Positions 7,120 to 13,687 of a DNA stretch of 32,000 nt are shown piece after piece (positions within the stretch are counted from its first letter, which is position 1; each line of letters opens with the position of its first letter). The notes beneath the pieces were generated by a model, which saw nothing but the letters and a program-made list of their open reading frames with translations, was not told the DNA's origin and searched no databases. The DNA comes from Candidatus Syntropharchaeum caldarium (GTDB taxonomy: Archaea > Halobacteriota > Syntropharchaeia > Syntropharchaeales > Syntropharchaeaceae), in the NCBI GenBank assembly GCA_001766815.1, contig LYOS01000002.1, positions 30,001 to 62,000 on the forward strand, in the 5' to 3' direction. The translations under genes and the position numbers were made by a program.

Positions 7120-7275
7120 TCAAGAAATCTTTTTCAGGGTCAGCCCTTCCTTCGTGATAACCCACACAACCTCATCACCCTTCCTGATACCCACGGCCTG
7201 AGCAAGCACACGTGGGAGGGAAATCTTGAGTGACCCTTTCACCTCCCCGACCCGATACCTTTTTATTTCATCCAT
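7120..7275 (-). CDS. AbrB/SpoVT/MazE-family DNA-binding protein (antitoxin-like), 51 aa, absent from the ORF track
   Basis: Reverse-strand translation from ATG (7275..7273) to TGA (7122..7120) gives MDEIKRYRVGEVKGSLKISLPRVLAQAVGIRKGDEVVWVITKEGLTLKKIS*. The core SLKISLPRVLAQAVGIRKGDEV is the classic swapped-hairpin AbrB/MazE motif (..v.iPk.ir..lgi..Gd.v). Confidence 0.7.
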   Translation of the reverse strand: MDEIKRYRVGEVKGSLKISLPRVLAQAVGIRKGDEVVWVITKEGLTLKKIS

Positions 7276-7401
7276 GATTATATCTTTATGGATTATCGGT
7301 ATTAAATCACAACCTTTTTATTGATGGAAAATAACGAGGTAATGGTAAGCTTATGGTGTGGTTTTAACATGTCCACCAGCGGCTTGTTTTAACCAGATTC
7401 A

Positions 7402-7896
7402 TCAGAGATGAATGATCGTACTCTCTATTCTATTCCCTATATCGAGTATGCCGTATGAGTTATACCGTGCAAAGCGTTTATCAGTCGGTGAGCCTGGATT
7501 AAAGAAATGGATACCGTCTCTTATAAAATCAGCTGCCTCATGGGTGTGCCCATAGATTATGAGATCGATCCCCTCAATATCGGCGAACGCATCGAGCATC
7601 CGCCTTTCTATTCCTTCAGGTGCTCCGCTTCCGTGTATTACCCCGATCTTATGTCCTTCAACTTCAAGTATATCCCGTTCAGGTAGTTTTCTTCTCACCT
7701 CAGGTAAATCCATATTTCCGCAGACACCAACCACCTTTCCTTTACCGATCTGCTGTAGATACTCAAATACCTCGTAGACACAGAAATCCCCGCAGTGGAT
7801 GATGAGATCCACAGTTGAAAGGGCTTTTAAGACTTCACCCGGGAGCTCGATTCTACCAGCATGAAGATGTGTATCTGAGATTACACCGATCTGCAT
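7402..7896 (-). CDS. YfcE/MJ0936-family metallophosphoesterase (phosphodiesterase)
   Basis: Calcineurin-like motifs are present: ISDTH, HCGD, GNMD (CGNMD) and GHTH. Confidence 0.9.
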   Translation of the reverse strand: MQIGVISDTHLHAGRIELPGEVLKALSTVDLIIHCGDFCVYEVFEYLQQIGKGKVVGVCGNMDLPEVRRKLPERDILEVEGHKIGVIHGSGAPEGIERRMLDAFADIEGIDLIIYGHTHEAADFIRDGIHFFNPGSPTDKRFARYNSYGILDIGNRIESTIIHL

Positions 7897-7901
7897 CAGG
7901 A

Positions 7902-8014
7902 CACCCCCACCCGATCAAGGTATTCAACCTTTGCATACTTCCCTTCTAACAACTTATAATACTTTCTATTTTATGATTTGAATGGTTTCTGCTTGAGATT
8001 GGGTTGGGGGTGGG
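7902..8014 (-). promoter_or_regulatory. Long-range inverted repeat: an anti-SD-like arm after the helicase stop pairs with the Shine-Dalgarno region of the phosphoesterase gene
   Basis: In minus-strand RNA, CACCCCCA(A)CCC (plus-strand coordinates 8001-8012) pairs with GGGUGGGGGUG (7902-7912). That is 11 G/C-rich bp with one bulged A. The downstream arm ends 5 nt before ATG 7896. The loop of about 88 nt contains AT-rich TATA-like sequence. Confidence 0.3.
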
Positions 8015-8029
8015 ATTTGCAAAGACATC

Positions 8030-9226
8030 TTAAGCTTTAATGTGTTTAACGTGCTGTTTAAAAGTGGAGTTGTGGCGTCTGCGACTTTCAAAAGACCTGT
8101 TTTCCTTTTTGAATTTTAACCTGGGATATTCCTCCTGTGGTAGAGCTTTGACCTTGACTTTATGCGATTTGCATATATTACGAAAGACCATGTGATCCTC
8201 TGGACTTAAGAGTGTGATCGCCTCGCCTGACCCACCTGCTCTTGCGGTTCGCCCGATGCGGTGCATATACTCCTGTGGATCCTGTGATAGGTCGTAGTTT
8301 AAAATATGCGTGACATCTTTGATATCCAGACCTCTGGCTGCAACCGGTGAAGCAACAAGAAAGTCGTACCTGCCCTTGTGAAAGTTCTCGATTACACGAA
8401 GACGCTTTCCCTGATCGATCTTGCCGTGCAGCATCCCGTTTTTTATTCCATGATAGCGAAGGTTTTTTGCAACCAGTTCGACATTTGCTCGTGTTGAACA
8501 GAAGACAATTGCCCGTTCTATTCTGTCCTTCTTAAGTAGATGGACGAGCAGTGAAAATTTTTCATTTGTGATAACCTCATAGTAATATTGCTTAAGATAT
8601 TTTTCTGTAACCTGCAGTTCTGCCTGAGCAACGATCGGATGGTTCATGTATCGTTTTTTAAGTTGATCTATCTCTCTGGAGATGGTTGCACCGAACAAAA
8701 GAATCTGGCGATTTTTTGGCGTATGATCCAGCATCTTTTTTATATCTTCGATAAATCCCATCTCGACCAGCTTATCAGCTTCATCGAGAGCGAAACATTT
8801 GAGTTGTGATAGATCAAGCGTTCTCCTTCGAAGATGGTCGAGCAAACGACCCGGTGTACCCACAACAATATCTGCCTCAGAAATCTCTTCTATCTGGGAG
8901 TTAATTGATACTCCCCCATAAACACTGACGATCGAAGAATTCAAATATCTGCCAAACTTCTTCAATTCCTTCGATATTTGATCTGCAAGTTCTCGCGTTG
9001 GCGTTACGATTAAAGCGTAAAGTCCTTCTCCGGGAACTATTTTTTCAAGCACAGGTACGCCAAACGCTGCAGTTTTTCCGGATCCGGTCTTCGATTTCCC
9101 TATCACGTCTTTTCCAGACATAATTAGAGGAATTGCTTTTTTCTGAATCGGCGTGGGAGTTACTATACCCATCTCCTTCAGTGCTCTGACAGTCTCAGGC
9201 CTGGAACAAAGTACATCAAACGACAT
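8030..9226 (-). CDS. DEAD-box ATP-dependent RNA helicase
   Basis: Q-motif region (FDVL...GIVTPTPIQKKAIP), motif I (KSKTGSGKTAAF), DEAD (ALDEADKLV), GAT (a SAT variant) and HRIGRTARAG, followed by a basic C-terminal tail. ATG 9226 is preferred over the upstream GTG at 9271. Confidence 0.9.
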   Translation of the reverse strand: MSFDVLCSRPETVRALKEMGIVTPTPIQKKAIPLIMSGKDVIGKSKTGSGKTAAFGVPVLEKIVPGEGLYALIVTPTRELADQISKELKKFGRYLNSSIVSVYGGVSINSQIEEISEADIVVGTPGRLLDHLRRRTLDLSQLKCFALDEADKLVEMGFIEDIKKMLDHTPKNRQILLFGATISREIDQLKKRYMNHPIVAQAELQVTEKYLKQYYYEVITNEKFSLLVHLLKKDRIERAIVFCSTRANVELVAKNLRYHGIKNGMLHGKIDQGKRLRVIENFHKGRYDFLVASPVAARGLDIKDVTHILNYDLSQDPQEYMHRIGRTARAGGSGEAITLLSPEDHMVFRNICKSHKVKVKALPQEEYPRLKFKKENRSFESRRRHNSTFKQHVKHIKA

Positions 9227-9611
9227 TTTTCTTCTTCTCCTTTTGGAATTACCACTTACAGGAGATGCCACAAAACTCTCAGAATTTTAGTAAAAATTCA
9301 CTGAATCTTGATGAAACAGAAATGGTATAAAGATAGCATGACTTTACAACATGTTTCCCATATCCAGTAATGAACTCCAATAAATATAAAAAGTGTATCA
9401 TGCTTTTAAGTGTTTCTGTGGTATTTCCAAAAAAGAGCGGACAGGTATAATTTTACCTCTCTAAACACACATCGTGAAAAATTTGTAATAGTCACCTGTT
9501 TTTAGAAAAGATTTTTATATTGCAACACCAAGATATAGTTTGATTGGGCTTAAAACAGCAATAATTTGCCACAACTATAGTAAAATTTTAGAGAGGGGAG
9601 AGAAGAGGTCA

Positions 9612-10094
9612 ATGGTGACTGATGAGACATCAAAGATCATTCTAAGCAGGCTTGCAGCAAATGCAAGGGTCAGCATGAGCGAACTTGCAAAAGAACTCGG
9701 CTGTTCAGTTTCAACGATCCACAAGCGCATAAAACAGCTTGAAGATAGCGGTATCATCGAACAGTTTACGATAATAACAAACAGCGAGCTTACAGGAGAA
9801 ATAACGGCATTTATAGGTATCGTGATCGAGAATGGTGATGTGATGGGGGTGGTGGATGAACTAAAAAAAAGACCGGATATTCTCGAGATTTATGAGACGC
9901 TTGAACCATACGATATCTTCCTGAAAGTGAGAACCACCGATATCCATACGCTTAAGAACGAACTCATAAATCCGATTTCAGAGATCGATGGTGTTGTTGA
10001 GATCAGAAGCATATTAACAACTCGCCGACACAAGGAACAAACCACAAAGATTGGCATGAATGTAAAAGAGGATCTGAGGAGTTTAAATGTATGA
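9612..10094 (+). CDS. Lrp/AsnC-family transcriptional regulator
   Basis: HTH region (IILSRLAANARVSMSELAKELGCSVSTIHKRIKQLEDSGII) plus a C-terminal RAM/AsnC_trans_reg-like domain. ATG 9612 follows a purine-rich gggGAGAGaagAGG tract. The track start at 9540 adds a non-homologous extension. Confidence 0.85.
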   Translation: MVTDETSKIILSRLAANARVSMSELAKELGCSVSTIHKRIKQLEDSGIIEQFTIITNSELTGEITAFIGIVIENGDVMGVVDELKKRPDILEIYETLEPYDIFLKVRTTDIHTLKNELINPISEIDGVVEIRSILTTRRHKEQTTKIGMNVKEDLRSLNV

Positions 10095-10112
10095 AACTGG
10101 CGTGGAGGAATT

Positions 10113-10400
10113 ATGATGCTTGATATCTTGGAGCAGATGAACGGGCTTATCACAGCAACGATTTTCCTGATAGGTGGAGCACTGATCATCTTTATTTACG
10201 ATGCGTATAAGCAAACACAGAATAAAAATCTTCTGGCTCTCGCACTCGGGCTTTTCATCCTGATAATTGCAGGCAATATCCCCTCGCTCGTGTATCTCTT
10301 TGCATCGGATAGAATAGAGCTGATCGAAGCGCTAACAATCTCTCAATACACACAGATGGCTGGTATCATTGTAATACTCTACTCTGCACTTAGAGCGTAG
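10113..10400 (+). CDS. Small integral membrane protein (3 predicted TM helices), hypothetical
   Basis: Three hydrophobic spans of about 20 aa: ITATIFLIGGALIIFIY, LLALALGLFILIIAGNIPSLVYLF and MAGIIVILYSAL. It lies 18 nt after the Lrp gene. No family recognised. Confidence 0.55.
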   Translation: MMLDILEQMNGLITATIFLIGGALIIFIYDAYKQTQNKNLLALALGLFILIIAGNIPSLVYLFASDRIELIEALTISQYTQMAGIIVILYSALRA

Positions 10401-10431
10401 ATTTTGAGTTGTCAGGATGGAGACAGGATAG

Positions 10432-10923
10432 ATGGAACGATCTAAACGATTTGCACAGGAATGGCAGGCAATCGGGCTGACAAGCCGCATGAAGTGGAGA
10501 AAGAACAGAAAGGGTGAGATCACTCCACTGGTTGCAGCAAAGATCGTTGAAACCTTCGGGGGAAAAGGGCTTGAGGTGCTCTCTGCTGCTTATGAAGAAG
10601 TTGGAGAACACGACGGCTCAAAAATCGCAGAGAGTCTCCGTATCAAGAGTGAAGAAATTTCTGCTGCAATATCGGTTGTAGAAACTCTATGCATCATCTA
10701 TGGAATTCATTCAATCTGTGAGAGAGATGAAGATGGATCATTTGTACTGACACTTGATGCCTGTCCATTTGAGGATACACTGACACTTTACAGGGAGACG
10801 CTCTGCATATACTACCTGCGCGGACTCATACATGCGATAAACAGGGATATCGACGTTAAGATTACAGGAAAAATCTGTGAAGGCGATAAAACGTGCAGGT
10901 TCAGGTTTGAGATCAAATCATAG
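10432..10923 (+). CDS. V4R-like / ATC-hydrolase-like small-molecule-binding domain protein (tentative)
   Basis: The C-terminus ...CPFEDTL...LCIYYLRGLIHAI...KICEGDKTCRFRFEI resembles the C...G(D)..C.F signature that ends V4R and related domains. The assignment is tentative. Confidence 0.5.
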   Translation: MERSKRFAQEWQAIGLTSRMKWRKNRKGEITPLVAAKIVETFGGKGLEVLSAAYEEVGEHDGSKIAESLRIKSEEISAAISVVETLCIIYGIHSICERDEDGSFVLTLDACPFEDTLTLYRETLCIYYLRGLIHAINRDIDVKITGKICEGDKTCRFRFEIKS

Positions 10924-10928
10924 TATGA

Positions 10929-11219
10929 TCAGACAAGAACTCCAACCATCGCTTCTGTGAGTTCGTCGAACTTTGAGATGATCCGATCCACTGCATCCTT
11001 CAGGATTGTACGGGGTCCACGATCTCCTTCTTTTGTCCTGATGTACATTATGGGGTTACTGATCGTCGGGAACTTGATATCATAGGTTGCAACAAGCACA
11101 TCTGGATCTTCAAGCAGGGACGATTTCAGGAGATTCATAAATGTATGCCCCTCGCCTACAAACTCAAGTTCAAGTTCTCCTGCCCCCTCTCGCAGAACTT
11201 TAAGCTCGATATCCTTCAT
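10929..11219 (-). CDS. rpoL: DNA-directed RNA polymerase subunit L (Rpo11)
   Basis: 96 aa. The segment ELEFVGEGHTFMNLLKSSLLEDPDVLVATYDIKFPTISNPIMYIRTK matches the RpoL/Rpb11 pattern (..edHTlgNll...L..dp.V.fa.Y...HP). It has an ATGA overlap with csl4. Confidence 0.9.
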   Translation of the reverse strand: MKDIELKVLREGAGELELEFVGEGHTFMNLLKSSLLEDPDVLVATYDIKFPTISNPIMYIRTKEGDRGPRTILKDAVDRIISKFDELTEAMVGVLV

Positions 11220-11818
11220 ACAAGACCTTTCCCATAGTCACTCGATATCTTTCGGGTCTCGGTTCGCTCACATTCTGGACACTCAAGCACCTTATTCTTG
11301 CGTATCATTCCAACCTTGCACTTTGAACAGAATGCTTTGATAACGCCGTGGCGAGGATGAGTTGTATCAATCCTCAACGTCGCAGGATCAAGTATACGCC
11401 CTTTTATAATATCCTGATATCCAAACTCATGCTTCAGATCTGAGACGTAGGATTTTTTTACATTTGAGACGTGGATTGCAGCCATTATATCACCGGCAAT
11501 CTCCCGATTTTCAGACCCCTCGATGAAAGCGAGGTCAACAAGCACAACAGAACTCTTGATCCCTGAAACGGTTCCATAGACGATGTCCCCGCGCTTAATA
11601 ACTGGTGGTGCATCACACAGTGGTTTTACACCGATAACCCGTTTCTTTGGGTCTTCAACGACCGTACCAACAATGGTCGCATATATATTACCCTTCTCAT
11701 CAAAAGCTCCTTCTCCTGTGGTGTACTCCTCAGATATACCGATAATATCACCTGGCAATACGGTCTTTGCCCTTTCTGCTTTTGGTTCAGTCGCAGCCAC
11801 GCCTTCTCCATCTACCAT
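11216..11818 (-). CDS. csl4: Exosome complex RNA-binding protein Csl4
   Basis: N-terminal domain (VLPGDIIG), central S1 domain (GDIVYGTVSGIKSSVVLVDL) and a C-terminal Zn-ribbon (CSKCKVGM...CPECERTE). ATG 11818 is preferred; a GTG at 11827 is possible. Confidence 0.85.
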   Translation of the reverse strand: MVDGEGVAATEPKAERAKTVLPGDIIGISEEYTTGEGAFDEKGNIYATIVGTVVEDPKKRVIGVKPLCDAPPVIKRGDIVYGTVSGIKSSVVLVDLAFIEGSENREIAGDIMAAIHVSNVKKSYVSDLKHEFGYQDIIKGRILDPATLRIDTTHPRHGVIKAFCSKCKVGMIRKNKVLECPECERTETRKISSDYGKGLV

Positions 11819-11930
11819 TCTTTTCACACCTGTGATTATCTACCCACCTGATTTAAATAAAGCTTTCGATGGACAGAGATCTAAATACGCAACCAAACCT
11901 AAATATACGATCAGATCGGATGGAAATAAT

Positions 11931-12845
11931 ATGAGCAGGAGAGGGCCACTTGAGCGTTACTTTGAGATCGTGAGAGGAAAGCGGGATGCTGCGTATCTTA
12001 TGACAAAACAAACCATCATGGAGGATGGGAGAACGCTTCTTGACCATAAGCTTGCAGCAGCGGAAACAATGATGGAGAGCTGCCACCTATGTGAACGAAG
12101 GTGCAATGCAGACCGCAGGAGTGGAGAAGTTGGATACTGCGGTGTTGATGCCGTATCCAGGATTGCATCTGAGTTTCTTCATTTTGGTGAGGAGGAAGAA
12201 CTTGTCCCATCCCACACGATCTTCTTTACAGGCTGCACATTCTCGTGTGTTTACTGTCAGAACTGGGATATTGCAACATCTCCACAGTCAGGCACACCAG
12301 CCCTCCCTGAAATTGTCTGTGAGGCGATTGTGCGGCGCAATATCGAGGGTGCAAGGAATGTTAACTTTGTTGGCGGCGATCCAACACCACACATCCCAAC
12401 AATACTTCGGATTCTCAACCGCTGCAATGTAAACACACCCATCATCTTCAACTCAAATATGTATCTATCAAACGAGGGGATGGAACTGCTCGATGGTATC
12501 GTTGATCTGTATCTCGGTGATTTCAGGTATGGGAATGATGCCTGTGCAAAGAAATACTCAAATGTTGATCGATACTGGGAGGTTGTAACACGAAACTTCA
12601 TGTCTGCAGCCGCAGATGCCGAGGTTCTCATCAGACATCTCGTTCTCCCAGGACATCTTGACTGCTGCACCCGTCCAATAATGGAGTGGACGGCAGCAAA
12701 TATGGATAGAGTACGGTTCAATCTGATGTTTCAGTACCATCCATCTTACAGGGCAAATCTCTACCCTGAGATTGACAGGCGCCTCACACACGATGAGATG
12801 GCATATGCGACGGAGATGTATAACAGCTTACTTGCTGAACCATGA
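11931..12845 (+). CDS. Radical SAM protein, PflX-like (pyruvate formate-lyase-activase-related, COG1313-type)
   Basis: Radical SAM motif FTGCTFSCVYCQNW (CxxxCxxC) plus an N-terminal Cys cluster (CHLCERRCNADR...GYCG). The start is at ATG 11931. The track ORF start at 11583 runs antisense through csl4 and is rejected. Confidence 0.85.
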   Translation: MSRRGPLERYFEIVRGKRDAAYLMTKQTIMEDGRTLLDHKLAAAETMMESCHLCERRCNADRRSGEVGYCGVDAVSRIASEFLHFGEEEELVPSHTIFFTGCTFSCVYCQNWDIATSPQSGTPALPEIVCEAIVRRNIEGARNVNFVGGDPTPHIPTILRILNRCNVNTPIIFNSNMYLSNEGMELLDGIVDLYLGDFRYGNDACAKKYSNVDRYWEVVTRNFMSAAADAEVLIRHLVLPGHLDCCTRPIMEWTAANMDRVRFNLMFQYHPSYRANLYPEIDRRLTHDEMAYATEMYNSLLAEP

Positions 12846-13687
12846 GAAAAAAACCAGAAAGTGATCCGGATCTGATCGCACAGGCAGCCCAGCTTGCGAT
12901 GCTTCTTGAGGTATCTGCATCCCCAAAGGCTGGAAATGTTGATAGGTGCCACGACTACCCTGATACCAGGTATGAGGACTTTCTTGCATCCTCTGTCGCT
13001 GTATATCCTGTCTTTAGAAAAGCGGCATTAAAGGACACTGGGGTGGGAAAACTCATCTTTGAGGCGGTTGAAGCAAGTAAAAGGTGGCACACCGGCGGTA
13101 ACACGCATTTTGGAGCGTTTATACTACTCATCCCACTTGTAATGGCAGGAGGGGTACAGGATCTTGCAAAAGAGATTGTTAGAGGCACTGGGTGGCAGGA
13201 TGCCATAGATTTCTACCGTGCATTCGCTATCGCAGGTGTAAGGGTTGGAAAGGTCAATGATCTCAATCTTGGTAGCCAGGAGTCTCTTGATCGAATAAGG
13301 GAGGAAAAAATTACGCTCTTTGATATATTCAAGATCTCATCATCTTACGATTCGGTATCTGCTGAGTGGATAAACGGCTTTGAACGATCATTCAAATACG
13401 CGTGGATTGTTGGCACCAATGTCCGCGAGTACGGGATGAACGACGGTATTGTCCTAACATTCATGCAACTACTTGCGGAATATCCTGATACATTCATCGC
13501 GATGAAATCTGGAAATGAAACCGCACTCGATATCTCAGCGACTGCCTCAAAACTTGCCTGTGAGTTTGATCTTGATAAAATCAGGTCGTTCGATGAAGAA
13601 CTCATTGAAAGAGGAATAAACCCTGGTGCCACGGCCGATATGATCATCGCATCCATATTTATAGCACTCATCAAGGGGTGGCTTTAG
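12842..13687 (+). CDS. Triphosphoribosyl-dephospho-CoA synthase (CitG/MdcB)-family protein
   Basis: LLEVSASPKAGNVDR matches the CitG N-terminal K/PG(L/N)VD motif. Length and helical character fit the family. ATGA overlap with the radical SAM gene. Confidence 0.75.
   Translation: MRKKPESDPDLIAQAAQLAMLLEVSASPKAGNVDRCHDYPDTRYEDFLASSVAVYPVFRKAALKDTGVGKLIFEAVEASKRWHTGGNTHFGAFILLIPLVMAGGVQDLAKEIVRGTGWQDAIDFYRAFAIAGVRVGKVNDLNLGSQESLDRIREEKITLFDIFKISSSYDSVSAEWINGFERSFKYAWIVGTNVREYGMNDGIVLTFMQLLAEYPDTFIAMKSGNETALDISATASKLACEFDLDKIRSFDEELIERGINPGATADMIIASIFIALIKGWL

Noticed and set aside
8001-8014. A G-run, GGGTTGGGGGTGGG, considered as a possible G-quadruplex.
   Set aside because: There are only three G-tracts of 3 or more. 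The complementary-arm interpretation (pairing with 7902-7912) explains the sequence better.
9227-9271. An N-terminal extension of the DEAD-box helicase (GTG 9271, MASPVSGNSKRRRRK), and the extension of the Lrp ORF (9540-9611).
   Set aside because: Homology to the respective families begins at the internal ATGs (9226 and 9612), and the extensions start at non-ATG codons or lack family similarity. The basic helicase extension cannot be fully excluded.
11583-11930. The 5' extension of the 420-aa ORF (track start 11583) upstream of the radical SAM domain.
   Set aside because: It runs antisense through the well-supported csl4 gene and is low-complexity (Ser/Pro/Thr-rich). The homologous radical-SAM protein starts at ATG 11931.
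12257-12721. The 154-aa minus-strand ORF, and other antisense ORFs within housekeeping genes (for example 13345..13674, 13778..14140, 16243..16575, 22591..22938, 22727..23149, 23398..23823, 29226..29600, 29661..30038 and 31266..31709).
   Set aside because: Each lies fully inside a gene with clear family motifs on the opposite strand, and none shows a motif of its own.
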